Made by a program: the position numbers and the translations under genes | Shown: piece by piece, positions 1-10,246 of the stretch | Numbering within the stretch: the first letter of the stretch is position 1 | Layout of the letters: each line of letters begins with the position of its first letter | Assembly (NCBI GenBank): GCA_023449855.1 | Contig: JAEXHR010000085.1 | Span: 1,803-65,802, forward strand | Source: Pseudomonadota bacterium | GTDB taxonomy: Bacteria; Pseudomonadota; Alphaproteobacteria; Rhizobiales; Xanthobacteraceae | Direction: 5' to 3' | DNA length: 64,000 nucleotides | Notes under the pieces: model-generated | Seen by the model: only the letters and a program-made list of their open reading frames with translations | Databases searched by the model: none | Told to the model about the DNA's origin: nothing

Positions 1-154
1 CCAGCAATTGCTCGACATGGTGCAGCGCCTGGTGGAATCCAGCGACCGCGCCATCGCGTTGCAGCGCTATCTGGCCGAGGCCAAGGTGAAGGGGCTATCC
101 CCCGAGGCGCAGCAGATGTTCGCAGCCAAACCCGCCAGATCGCGCAAAAGCTGA
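1..154 (+). CDS. 3' end of a CDS entering from the left (unknown product, possibly a regulator)
   Basis: Frame 2 is open from the window edge with high-GC3 codons: QQLLDMVQRLVESSDRAIALQRYLAEAKVKGLSPEAQQMFAAKPARSRKS*, TGA at 152-154. Confidence 0.55.
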   Translation, partial: QQLLDMVQRLVESSDRAIALQRYLAEAKVKGLSPEAQQMFAAKPARSRKS

Positions 155-584
155 CGCGGCGCCACCGACACATCGACAACGCCCGCGCCTCGCATTGCCG
201 CACCGCACACTCGGCACGGCTGCGACATTTTGTTCAAATTGCCGGGCATGGCCTGCGAGTCCGCGCGGGCAACATCTCACAAGTCATTGTTTCCGCAGCA
301 TCGGGACAGGCCGGCGGGCTCGTCCCGAAGCCGTCGCGTGCCGCATTCTTGAGCCCGATATGCCGCATAAATTAGCTTCCTAAGAGAACTATTTTATAAA
401 GATACTCCGGTTGCGGATTGTCAAAGCCGTAAAATTATCGGACCATCGGGCTGCCGATGTCACACCGCCGACATATCGGGCGATGGCATACGGATGCACT
501 GTTACGTGATAGATGAAACGACCATCAGAAACGGAGCCGCGGCGTATCGCGGCCTGGCATCACACCAATAGAGGACCATTTTCG

Positions 585-1835
585 ATGTCGCGGATTAAAT
601 CGAATTTGCCAAGCTTCCTTGGCGCGTCGCGCGTGCTTGGCACCGTCGCAGCGGTGACGCTCTCGGCCCTGCTGGCCGGCCAGGCCCAGGCGCAGACCCG
701 CGAGATCAATCTCGGCGCCGTAGTGCCGAGCTCGGGCCCGTTCGCCGAATGGGGGCGCAGCAACACCGTCACCCTGAAGATGCTCGAAAAGCAGACCAAC
801 GATGCCGGCGGCATCAATGGCGCCAAGCTGAAGATCACCATCCTCGACGACGCCGCCAAACCGGCGCAGGCCGCGACCTCGCTGCGCAAGCTCGCCAGCG
901 ACGACAAGGTACTTGCGGTGGCGGGCCCCCTCACCTCCAGCGCCGCGGAAGTCACTTTCCCCGTCGCCAACGAGATGAAGCTGGTTTCCACCTCGCAGGC
1001 CTCGTCGAAGCCGGGCACCGCCAAGCAGAACCGTCCGTGGGCGTTCCGCAACACCATCGATGAAGGCGTGCTCGCCAAGACCGCGGTGCCGTTCTTCAAG
1101 AAGAGCTTCAACATCAAGACCGTTGCGGTGATCTTCGACGCCAAGGACGCCACCGCCGCGACCGTCGGCAAGGTGATCATGCCCTCGGTGCTGAAGGCCA
1201 ACGAGATCGCCATCGCCAACGAGAACGACCTGCTGTCGTTCAACACCGGCGACCTCGACGTCTCCGCCCAGGTGACCAAGCTGAAGTCGCTCAATCCCGA
1301 CGGCGTCGTGATCAGCGCCGACTATAGCCAGGCCATCACCGTGCTGCGCGAGATGAAGCGCCAGGGCCTGATCAAGCCCGTGGTCGGCGCCAGCCAGCTG
1401 ATCTCCTCGGCGATCCTCAAGGCCGCCCCGGAAATCCCGGTGATCGCACCGGCGACGTTCTATTCCACCATGAAGGGCGAAGCGCCGGAGAAGTTCACCG
1501 CCGCGCTGACCCCGCTGCTGCGCAAGGAATCGGGCCTGCCGAAGGACATCGAACCCAACATGTTCGACGCCAACATCTATGAAATCGTCTCGATGTATAT
1601 CGACGCGATCAAGAAGACCGGCGTCACCGGCAAGCCGGAAGATCTCGAAGCCGACCGCACCAAGATCCGCGACTACATGGCCAAGCTCGAAGGCTTCAAG
1701 GGTCTCGGCGGCCCGATCGGCTTCAACGACGACGGCGACGCCATCAAGGCCTTCTATGTGCTGCAGGGGCAGAACGGCGCCTGGGACACCAAGGTCCGCG
1801 GCTGCAGCTCGGCGCCGAACCACCCCGCTTGCTGA
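585..1835 (+). CDS. ABC transporter substrate-binding protein, branched-chain amino acid (LivJ/K-like) family
   Basis: GAGGA RBS before ATG 585; signal peptide ending AQA-Q; motifs INLGAVVPSSG, GGINGAKLKITILDD, GPIGFNDDGD; followed by livHMGF-like genes. Confidence 0.9.
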   Translation: MSRIKSNLPSFLGASRVLGTVAAVTLSALLAGQAQAQTREINLGAVVPSSGPFAEWGRSNTVTLKMLEKQTNDAGGINGAKLKITILDDAAKPAQAATSLRKLASDDKVLAVAGPLTSSAAEVTFPVANEMKLVSTSQASSKPGTAKQNRPWAFRNTIDEGVLAKTAVPFFKKSFNIKTVAVIFDAKDATAATVGKVIMPSVLKANEIAIANENDLLSFNTGDLDVSAQVTKLKSLNPDGVVISADYSQAITVLREMKRQGLIKPVVGASQLISSAILKAAPEIPVIAPATFYSTMKGEAPEKFTAALTPLLRKESGLPKDIEPNMFDANIYEIVSMYIDAIKKTGVTGKPEDLEADRTKIRDYMAKLEGFKGLGGPIGFNDDGDAIKAFYVLQGQNGAWDTKVRGCSSAPNHPAC

Positions 1836-1844
1836 TCATGAAGG

Positions 1845-1934
1845 CGTAGGACGGATTAGCGCAGCGTAATCCGCCCGCCGACTTCATCGCGGAGACTCCG
1901 CGGCGGATTACGGCTTCGCCTCATCCGCCCTACG
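1845..1934. repeat. GTAG-family REP doublet (palindromic extragenic element)
   Basis: cGTAGGacggattagcgcagcgtaatccgcc ... ggcggattacggcttcgcctcatccgccCTACg: two inverted hairpin units with GTAG/CTAC ends, between the SBP and permease genes. Confidence 0.8.
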
Positions 1935-2015
1935 GCCGCGGCCGGGACACTCTCCCGGCCGCAGCCTTAAGAACGATCACCTGACGTAACTCTCGACTTA
2001 ACGATTGCGACACCC

Positions 2016-2888
2016 ATGCTGATACAGCAACTCGTCAACGGCCTGACGCTGGGAGCGGTCTATACGCTTCTCGCGCTGTCCTATTCGCTCGTGATGGGCA
2101 TTCTCGGCATCCTCAACCTGGCGATTGCCGAATTGTTCATGATCGGCGGCTTCATCGGTTTCACGCTGATCGATGCCGGCTATCCCCTGCCCGTCGCCGT
2201 GCTCGGCGGCATGACCGGCGCGGCTGTCATCGCCATCATTGTCGAGAAGATCGGCTACCAGCCGCTGCGCGATGCGCCGCTGGTGACCCCGATGCTGTCC
2301 ACGCTGGGCTTCTCGATCATCCTGCAGAACATCGCCACCAATATCTGGGGCTCCGATCCGCTGCAGCTCTCGATCTTCGGCGATCAGTATCAGTTCGGCC
2401 CGGTCAGCATCGGCTCGATGCAGTTGCTCGTGCTCGGCGCCACCGTCGTGCTGGTCGCGCTCACCGCTTACATCGTGCAGAAGACGCCGATGGGCCGTGC
2501 GCTCCGCGCCGTCGCTGAAAACCGCGATGTCGCGCGCATTCTCGGCGTCTCCGCCGACCGCCTGATGATGATGGCCTTCATTCTCTCCGGCGCCCTCGCC
2601 GGCGTTGCCGGCGTGCTGATCGCGCTGCATTACGGCGCCATCACGCCCTATCTCGGCGTCGAGATCGGCCTCAAGGCCATCGCCGTGATGGTGATCGGCG
2701 GCACCACGCGGATCTGGGGCGCGCTCGTCGCCGGCCCGCTGATCGGTATCGCCGAAGTGCTCACGGTGGCCTATGGCGGCTCGCAGGTGCGCGACTTCGT
2801 CGTCTACGGCTTCATGATTTTGATTCTCTTGCTGCGTCCACAGGGTCTTCTCGGCGGTGCGCGGTCCGATCAGGGGCAGCGCGTCTGA
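2016..2888 (+). CDS. livH: Branched-chain amino acid ABC permease (LivH-like)
   Basis: QQLVNGLTLGAVYTLLALSYSLV start, GRALRAVAEN motif, hydrophobic helices. Confidence 0.9.
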   Translation: MLIQQLVNGLTLGAVYTLLALSYSLVMGILGILNLAIAELFMIGGFIGFTLIDAGYPLPVAVLGGMTGAAVIAIIVEKIGYQPLRDAPLVTPMLSTLGFSIILQNIATNIWGSDPLQLSIFGDQYQFGPVSIGSMQLLVLGATVVLVALTAYIVQKTPMGRALRAVAENRDVARILGVSADRLMMMAFILSGALAGVAGVLIALHYGAITPYLGVEIGLKAIAVMVIGGTTRIWGALVAGPLIGIAEVLTVAYGGSQVRDFVVYGFMILILLLRPQGLLGGARSDQGQRV

Positions 2889-3724
2889 TGTCGACTTACT
2901 ACGCAAGCCTGCTCGCCGAGTCGGGCATCCTCCTGCTGGGCGCGCTCAGCGTCTATATCATCCTCGCCACCGGCCAGCTCTCGCTCGGCAACGGCGCCTT
3001 CATGGGCATCGGCGCCTATCTCTCGTCCTGGCTCACGGTGACGATGAATGTGCCGCTGACGCTGGCGCTGGTGATCTCGGCCGTCTTCGCCGGCGTCATC
3101 GGTGCCATCGTCGCCTTCCCGGCGCTGCGTCTGAAGGGCATCTATCTCGCCATGGCCACGGTCGGCTTCGGCGAGATGGTGCGCAGCTTCTTCCTGAATT
3201 TCGACACCATGGGCGGCGCCGGCGGTTTCCGCGGCATGCAGCATATCGGCGTCGGCTATGTCTGGCTCTGGGCCGGCGGCATCCTGATCGCGGTGATGCT
3301 GCTGGAGCGCTCGCGCGTCTGGCTGGAAATGCAGGCGGTGCATGACGACGAAACCGCCGCCGGCCTGATCGGTCTCAACACCACCATCACCAAGATCGGC
3401 GCCTTCGCCGCCGGTGCGGCGGTGGCGGCGATCTCCGGCGGGCTGTTCGCGCATCACAACGTCTATATCGAACCGGCGAATTTCGGCTTCGAGCGTTCGG
3501 TGGAATTCGTGCTGGCCGTCATTCTCGGCGGTTCGACAGTGGCGCCGGGCTCGCTGGTCGGCTCGCTGCTGCTGATCTTCCTGCCTGAATTCCTGCGGCC
3601 GATCGCCGACTGGCGCCTTGCCGCCTTCGGCTCGCTGCTGGTGCTGGTGCTGCTGGTGCGGCGCCAGGGCATTCTCGACCGTTCGCTGATCCGAACGCTT
3701 ACTTTCCGGAGGGCTGCAGCATGA
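2888..3724 (+). CDS. livM: Branched-chain amino acid ABC permease (LivM-like)
   Basis: GQLSLGNGAFMGIGAY, LRLKGIYLAMATVGFGE; TGATG coupling to livH. Confidence 0.9.
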   Translation: MSTYYASLLAESGILLLGALSVYIILATGQLSLGNGAFMGIGAYLSSWLTVTMNVPLTLALVISAVFAGVIGAIVAFPALRLKGIYLAMATVGFGEMVRSFFLNFDTMGGAGGFRGMQHIGVGYVWLWAGGILIAVMLLERSRVWLEMQAVHDDETAAGLIGLNTTITKIGAFAAGAAVAAISGGLFAHHNVYIEPANFGFERSVEFVLAVILGGSTVAPGSLVGSLLLIFLPEFLRPIADWRLAAFGSLLVLVLLVRRQGILDRSLIRTLTFRRAAA

Positions 3725-4472
3725 GCAACGCGCTGCTTCAACTCACCGGCGTCACCAAGACGTTCGGCGGCATCCACGCGCTGTCGGGCATGGTCTGCGA
3801 GGTGCCGGAAGGAAAGATCGTCGGCGTGATCGGGCCCAACGGCGCCGGCAAGACGACGCTGTTCAACACCATCACCGGCGCCTACCGCGCCGATGCCGGC
3901 GAGGTGAAACTCAAGGGCGTCGATGTCACCCAGTGGCAGTCCTATCGCATCGTGCGCGAGGGCATTGCGCGCACGTTCCAGAACATCCGCCTGTTCGGCT
4001 CGATGTCCGTGTGGGAACATCTGCTGGTCGCGCAGCCGCATAACGAAGCCTCGTGGCGTCGGCTGCTGCCGATTGCCTGGGCCAATCCGGCGGCGCAGGC
4101 CCGCGCCACCGAGGTGATGGAATTCTTCGGCCTCACCGAATTCCGCGACCGGCCGGCGAAATCGCTGCCCTACGGCATCCAGCGCAAGGTGGAGATGGCG
4201 CGCGCCGTCACTGCGAAGCCGAAACTGCTGCTGCTCGACGAACCCGTCGCGGGCATGAACCATGACGAGGCCGAGGAGATCCGCACGCTGATGCTGCGGC
4301 TGCGCGACACCGGTCTCTCCATTCTCCTGATCGAACACGACATGAATTTCGTGATGCGCCTGTGCGACTACCTCTATGTGCTCGATTTCGGCGTGCTGAT
4401 CGCCGAAGGCAAGCCGGAGGAAGTCCGCACCAATCCGGTCGTCCTCGACGCCTATCTCGGAAAGGACAACTG

Positions 4473-4473
<1 letters not shown>
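3721..4473 (+). CDS. livG: ABC ATP-binding protein (LivG-like)
   Basis: Walker A GPNGAGKTT, GIARTFQNIRLF, LLLLDEP, C-terminal V..AYLG. Confidence 0.92.
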
Positions 4474-5180
<707 letters not shown>

Positions 5181-5187
5181 CTCGCTT

Positions 5188-5296
5188 CGTAGGATGGGTA
5201 GAGCGAAGCGAAACCCATGCTGCCCGTCGATTGCCGCAGGCTCGGCCGATGGGTTTCGCTCCGGCGCTAACGCGCCTGCGCTCTACCCATCCTACG
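5188..5296. repeat. GTAG-family REP doublet between convergent genes
   Basis: cGTAGGATGGGTAGAGCGaagcgaaacccat ... atgggtttcgct...CGCTCTACCCATCCTACg, long terminal inverted repeat. Confidence 0.85.
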
Positions 5297-6407
5297 CCCC
5301 ATACCTCGCCATCACCGGCCACGTCTCGACGCTGCCATTGTGCCCCACCACCTGATAACTCGCATGCAGGTTCACGGTGGGATCGCAGTGGGTGGCAATG
5401 AGCAGCACGCGGCTGCCGAGTTTCGGCGGCTCGACGCCTTCCCGCAGCGTGATCATGCCATGCTCGTCGCCGCCGAAGCGATAGACGGAGCCCTCGGGCA
5501 CGCCCAGCATCAATGACGGCACTGGGCCGTTGAAGGCCATCGCCTTGACGCCGGCATCAACGGTGAACTCGCCGGCGCGATTCACCGACGTCACCGTCGC
5601 CAGCACGAACAGGCTCGGCTCGAACGGCAGTGCGCCGCCGCCTTCGCCCTGCAGGCGGCCGTAATCGGCATCCATGAACAGATAGGAGCCGACCTGAAGC
5701 TCGGTGAAGGTGCCGGCAATGTCGAAGGCGCAGGCGCCGGTGCCGCTGCCGGTGACGATCCCGGCCTTGATGCCGGCATCGCGGAGCGCGCGCAGGTGAT
5801 CGTCGAGAATGCCGCGCGCCTTGGCAGCGCCGACCTTGCGCTCCTCGTAGTCGATGATGTGCTGGACATGGCCGGCAAAACCCTGGATGCCGCCGAATGT
5901 CATGCCCGGCGTCGCTTCGATCAGTTGCGCCAGCGCCAGTGTCGCTGCCGGTTCGGTCACACCGGTGCGGCGCTGGCCGACATCGATATCGATCAGCACC
6001 TGCACGGGACGACTGCCGGTGTCGAGCAGCGTATGCAGCACCTGGATCTGGTCGGCGTGATCGACGACCAGCGAAATGTCGGTGCCATCAGCGAGCGCAG
6101 CGATGCGCGCGAGTTTGACCCGATCCGCCACCGGCGTCGTCAGCAGCAGGCCGGGTATGCCCGCCTCGGCCATCGCCTCCATCTCCGCCACCGTGGCGCA
6201 GGAAATTCCGACCGCACCGGCCTCGATCTGTAACTGCGCGAGGCGCGGCGACTTGTGGGTCTTGGCATGCGGGCGGAGTGCAATGCCGTTCGTTTTGGCG
6301 AAATCCGCCATGGCCGCGATGTTGCGCTGGAGGGCCATGCCATCGACCACAAGCGCGGGCGTCGCGATATCCTGCAGGGCCGGCAGGGTCGGATCGAGAG
6401 CGGTCAT
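5292..6407 (-). CDS. DSD1 family fold-type III PLP enzyme (D-threonine aldolase / D-serine dehydratase / 3-hydroxy-D-aspartate aldolase-like)
   Basis: TPALVVD, LRPHAKTHKS (PLP Lys), GQRRTGV, ELQVGSYLFMD, GDEHG, HCDPTVNLH; start at ATG 6407 behind GGAG. Confidence 0.88.
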   Translation of the reverse strand: MTALDPTLPALQDIATPALVVDGMALQRNIAAMADFAKTNGIALRPHAKTHKSPRLAQLQIEAGAVGISCATVAEMEAMAEAGIPGLLLTTPVADRVKLARIAALADGTDISLVVDHADQIQVLHTLLDTGSRPVQVLIDIDVGQRRTGVTEPAATLALAQLIEATPGMTFGGIQGFAGHVQHIIDYEERKVGAAKARGILDDHLRALRDAGIKAGIVTGSGTGACAFDIAGTFTELQVGSYLFMDADYGRLQGEGGGALPFEPSLFVLATVTSVNRAGEFTVDAGVKAMAFNGPVPSLMLGVPEGSVYRFGGDEHGMITLREGVEPPKLGSRVLLIATHCDPTVNLHASYQVVGHNGSVETWPVMARYGA

Positions 6408-6688
6408 GGCGCGGGCGAACTCCGGAATGGCAGCGTTGAAAATGTCTAGCAACGGGCAGCAGCGAGTTGAAGACGCACCAAAGTCGCGGCCGTCCGGCGG
6501 AAAATGGCTTGGCGATCAAGCTAACCGGCAAACCAACGTGGAGAAATTATTGCCAGGGAACGCGGCCATGGCGCAAGAATTGTCCTTTCGCTGCGGATTT
6601 ACGCATGACTCCATCCAAGTTTCTGCCGTAGCTTGCGTGGAACCCGGCCGTTCCGCTATGCGCAGGCAGACGCAGGAGAATTTGACAG

Positions 6689-8302
6689 ATGAACCGCTTT
6701 GAAATCACCCGCCGCGCCGCGTTGCTGACCTCGGCCGCCATTGCAGCCAATGTGGCGAACCCGTTCCGCGCCTTCGCGCAGGAGACGCCCCGCAAGGGCG
6801 GCGTGTTCAATGTCCATTACGGTGCAGAGCAGCGTCAGCTCAACCCCAGCCTGCAGGCGTCCACCGGCGTCTACATCATCGGCGGCAAGATGCAGGAAGC
6901 GCTTGTCGATCTCGATGCCAACGGCCAGCCGGTCGGCGTGCTCGCCGAAAGCTGGGAGTCGTCGAAGGACGGCAAGACCATCACCTTCAAGCTGCGCAAG
7001 GGCGTGACCTGGCACGACGGCAAGCCGTTCACCTCGGCTGACGTCGAATTCACCGCCATGAACATGTGGAAGAAGATCCTCAATTATGGATCAACGCTGC
7101 AGCTGTTCCTCACCGCGGTGGAAACGCCCGATGCCCACACCGCCGTGTTCAAGTATGAGCGCCCGATGCCGCTCGGCCTGTTGCTGCGCGCGCTGCCCGA
7201 TCTCGGCTATGTCTCGGCCAAGCACATCTATGAAGGCTCGAGCGATATCCGACAGAACCCGGCGAACCTCGCACCGGTCGGCACCGGCCCGTTCAAGTTC
7301 AACAAATATGAGCGCGGGCAGTATATCATCGCAGAGCGCAACGAGAATTACTGGCGCCCGAATGCTCCCTATCTCGACCGCATCGTGTGGAAGGTCGTCA
7401 CCGACCGCGCCGCCGCCGCCGCGCAGATGGAAGCCGGCGACATCCAGTATTCGCCATTCTCGGGCCTGACGATTTCCGACATGGCGCGGCTCGGCAAGGA
7501 CAAGCGTTTCGTCGTCTCCACCAAGGGCAATGAAGGCAACGCGCGCACCAATACCCTCGAATTCAACTTCCGCCGCAAGGAACTGGCGGATATCCGCGTC
7601 CGCCGCGCCATCGCGCATGCGATCAATGTGCCGTTTTTCATCGAGAACTTCCTCGGCGATTTCGCCAAGCCCGGCACCGGCCCGATCCCGTCGGTCTCCA
7701 CCGACTTCTTCCCCGGCCCGAACACGCCGCAATATCCCTATGACAAGAAGAAAGCCGCAGCGCTGCTCGACGAGGCCGGCTTCAAGCCCGGCGCCGGCGG
7801 CACACGCTTCTCGCTGCGCCTCCTCCCTGCCCCGTGGGGTGAGGACATCTCGCTGTGGTCGACCTTCATCCAGCAGTCGTTGAAGGAGGTCGGCATCCCC
7901 GTCGAGATCGTGCGCAATGACGGCGGCGGCTTCCTCAAGTCAGTCTATGCCGATCACGCCTTCGACATTGCCACCGGCTGGCACCAGTATCGCAACGACC
8001 CCGCGGTCTCGACCACCGTGTGGTATCGCTCCGGTCAGCCCGCCGGCGCGCCCTGGACCAACCAGTGGGATTGGAAGAACGATCAGATCGACAAGGTGAT
8101 CGACGACGCCGCCACCGAGATCGATCCGGTGAAGCGCAAGGCGCTCTATGCGGAGTTCGTCAAGGAAGCCAATACCGAACTGCCGGTGTGGATGCCGATC
8201 GAACAGATCTTCGTCACCGTCATCACCGCCAAGGCGCGTAACCATTCCAACAATCCGCGCTGGGGCTCGTCGAGCTGGCACGATCTTTGGCTTTCCGCAT
8301 AA
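6689..8302 (+). CDS. Family 5 (Dpp/Opp/Nik) ABC substrate-binding protein with Tat-like signal
   Basis: TRRAALL twin-arginine leader; LAESWE.S.DGKTITFKLRKGVTWHDGKPFTSADV family-5 signature; GTGPFK. Confidence 0.92.
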   Translation: MNRFEITRRAALLTSAAIAANVANPFRAFAQETPRKGGVFNVHYGAEQRQLNPSLQASTGVYIIGGKMQEALVDLDANGQPVGVLAESWESSKDGKTITFKLRKGVTWHDGKPFTSADVEFTAMNMWKKILNYGSTLQLFLTAVETPDAHTAVFKYERPMPLGLLLRALPDLGYVSAKHIYEGSSDIRQNPANLAPVGTGPFKFNKYERGQYIIAERNENYWRPNAPYLDRIVWKVVTDRAAAAAQMEAGDIQYSPFSGLTISDMARLGKDKRFVVSTKGNEGNARTNTLEFNFRRKELADIRVRRAIAHAINVPFFIENFLGDFAKPGTGPIPSVSTDFFPGPNTPQYPYDKKKAAALLDEAGFKPGAGGTRFSLRLLPAPWGEDISLWSTFIQQSLKEVGIPVEIVRNDGGGFLKSVYADHAFDIATGWHQYRNDPAVSTTVWYRSGQPAGAPWTNQWDWKNDQIDKVIDDAATEIDPVKRKALYAEFVKEANTELPVWMPIEQIFVTVITAKARNHSNNPRWGSSSWHDLWLSA

Positions 8303-8395
8303 CTCCGTCATTGCGAGGAGCGAAGCGACGAAGCAATCCAGAAGGCCGCAAGTAAGGAAGAACTGGATTGCTTCGCTTCGCTCGCAATGACGGAG
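8303..8395. repeat. CGTC-family palindromic repeat (copy 1)
   Basis: ctccGTCATTGCGAGgagcgaagcgacGAAGCAATCCAG ... CTGGATTGCTTCgcttcgCTCGCAATGACggag. Confidence 0.85.
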
Positions 8396-8435
8396 AGAAC
8401 TTGGCGTAACGTCAAATAGAAACTACACTGAGCGT

Positions 8436-9413
8436 ATGCGCATCCTTTCACTCGCGGGGCGACGGCTCGCCGCCTCGATCCCGACGCTCTTCCTGATCCT
8501 GATCGGCGTGTTCCTGCTGCTGCAACTGGCGCCGGGCGACACCGTCGATGCCATGATGGCGCAGATGGGCGGCGGCGATGCGGCGACCGCGCGCGAGCTG
8601 CGCAAGTTCTACGGCCTGGACGTCTCGGTGCCGGTGCAGCTCGTCAACTATCTGTGGCGGCTGGTGCAGTTCGATCTCGGCTTCTCCTCGATCTATGGCA
8701 AGCCGGTCGCCACCGTGATCTTCGAACGCTTGCCGGCGACGCTGCTGCTGATGACGGCATCGCTCTCATTTGCCTTCTTCTTCGGTCTCGTGCTCGGCGT
8801 CGTCGCCGCGCGCGGAGTCAATCGCTGGCCTGATACGCTGATCTCGACCCTCGGCCTGATCTTCTATGCCACGCCGTCGTTCTGGTTCGGCCTGATGGCC
8901 ATCGTGGTGTTCTCGATCTATCTGCAATGGCTGCCGGCCGGCGGCTTCGAGGATGTCGGTGCGGTGCAGACAGCGTTCGAGCGGACGCTGGATATCGCGG
9001 CGCATCTGGTGCTGCCGACGCTGACGCTGGCGCTGATCTTCCTCGCCATCTATCTGCGCATCATGCGCGCCTCGATGCTGGAAGTGCTCAACCTCGATTT
9101 CGTGCGCACCGCCCGCGCCAAGGGCCTCGATGAGACCCGCATCGTCGCCAAACATGTGCTGCGCAATGCGCTGCTGCCGATGGTGACGCTGATCGGCCTG
9201 CAGGCCGGCACCATGCTCGGCGGCTCCGTCGTCGTCGAAAGCGTGTTCTCGCTGCCCGGCCTCGGCCGGCTCGCTTATGAATCGGTGATCCAGCGCGATC
9301 TCAACACGCTGCTCGGCATCGTCTTCGTTTCGGCACTGCTGGTGATCCTGGTGAATTTCCTCGTCGATCTCCTTTATGCCCGGCTCGATCCGCGCATCCA
9401 GGCGGAGGGCTGA
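8436..9413 (+). CDS. Peptide ABC permease (DppB-like)
   Basis: APGD, FDLGFSS, ERLPATLLL, RASMLEVLNLDFVRTARAKGL, KHVLRNALLP, ESVFSLPGLG. Confidence 0.92.
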   Translation: MRILSLAGRRLAASIPTLFLILIGVFLLLQLAPGDTVDAMMAQMGGGDAATARELRKFYGLDVSVPVQLVNYLWRLVQFDLGFSSIYGKPVATVIFERLPATLLLMTASLSFAFFFGLVLGVVAARGVNRWPDTLISTLGLIFYATPSFWFGLMAIVVFSIYLQWLPAGGFEDVGAVQTAFERTLDIAAHLVLPTLTLALIFLAIYLRIMRASMLEVLNLDFVRTARAKGLDETRIVAKHVLRNALLPMVTLIGLQAGTMLGGSVVVESVFSLPGLGRLAYESVIQRDLNTLLGIVFVSALLVILVNFLVDLLYARLDPRIQAEG

Positions 9414-9415
9414 GG

Positions 9416-10246
9416 ATGGATGCGGTGAAACGCTATTTCCGTAGTCCCGCCGCCGTGGTCGGCCTGCTGCTGCTGCTCGTCGTCATCGCCATGGCTGTGA
9501 GCGCCGGCTGGATCTATCCCAACGATCCGCTCTCGCTCGCCGGGCGACCATTGGTCTGGCCCTTCGCCAATCCGCGCTTCCCGCTCGGCACCGACAATTC
9601 CGGCCGCGACATCGCCGCGCAGATTTTCTACGGCGCCCGCATCTCGCTCCTGATCGGCGGAGTCGCGACATTGATCGCCGTGATCATCGGCGTGCTGATC
9701 GGCGCCTTTGCCGGCTTCTATGGCGGCAAGGTCGACACGATCCTGATGCGCATCACCGAGGCGTTCCAGACGCTGCCGAATTTCGTTCTGCTCTTGGTGC
9801 TTGTCGCGGTGTTCGGCTCGACACTCACCACTGTGACCATCGCCGTCGGCATCGTGTCATGGCCCGCACCCGCGCGTCTCACGCGCGCCGAATTCATGTC
9901 GCTGCGCAGCCGCGAATTCGTCCAGGCTGGGCGCACGCTGGGGATGAAGGATTTGCAGCTCATCCTCGGCGAGATCCTGCCCAATGCGCTGCCGCCGGTC
10001 ATCGTCTATGCGAGCGTCGTGATGGCCGTCTCGATCCTGCTGGAAAGCGCCCTCGCCTTCCTGCGTCTGTCCGATCCCAATGTCGCGTCCTGGGGCAACC
10101 TGATCGGCCTCGGCCGCGACGTGCTGCGCGTGCAGTGGTATGTATCGGCGATCCCCGGCATCGCCATCCTGCTCACGGTGCTTGCGGTATCGCTGGTCGG
10201 CCAGGGGCTGAACGATGCGCTCAATCCGAGACTGAAAAGCCGATGA
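9416..10246 (+). CDS. Peptide ABC permease (DppC-like)
   Basis: PLGTDNSGRDI, YGARISL, ILPNALPP, SWGNLI, GLNDALNPR. Confidence 0.92.
   Translation: MDAVKRYFRSPAAVVGLLLLLVVIAMAVSAGWIYPNDPLSLAGRPLVWPFANPRFPLGTDNSGRDIAAQIFYGARISLLIGGVATLIAVIIGVLIGAFAGFYGGKVDTILMRITEAFQTLPNFVLLLVLVAVFGSTLTTVTIAVGIVSWPAPARLTRAEFMSLRSREFVQAGRTLGMKDLQLILGEILPNALPPVIVYASVVMAVSILLESALAFLRLSDPNVASWGNLIGLGRDVLRVQWYVSAIPGIAILLTVLAVSLVGQGLNDALNPRLKSR

Noticed and set aside
484..498. TGGCAT...TGCA as a sigma54 promoter for the Liv operon
   Set aside because: GG-to-GC spacing is 9 nt, not the required 10.
6569..6584. TGGCGCAAGAATTGTC as a sigma54 promoter for the peptide SBP
   Set aside because: The -12 dinucleotide is GT rather than GC; too weak to call.
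9859..10242. N-terminal extensions in the ORF track (also 12985-13392, 38412-38642, 39620-39946, 40711-41115, 4362-4472)
   Set aside because: They overlap neighbouring genes; downstream starts have an RBS or stop/start coupling.
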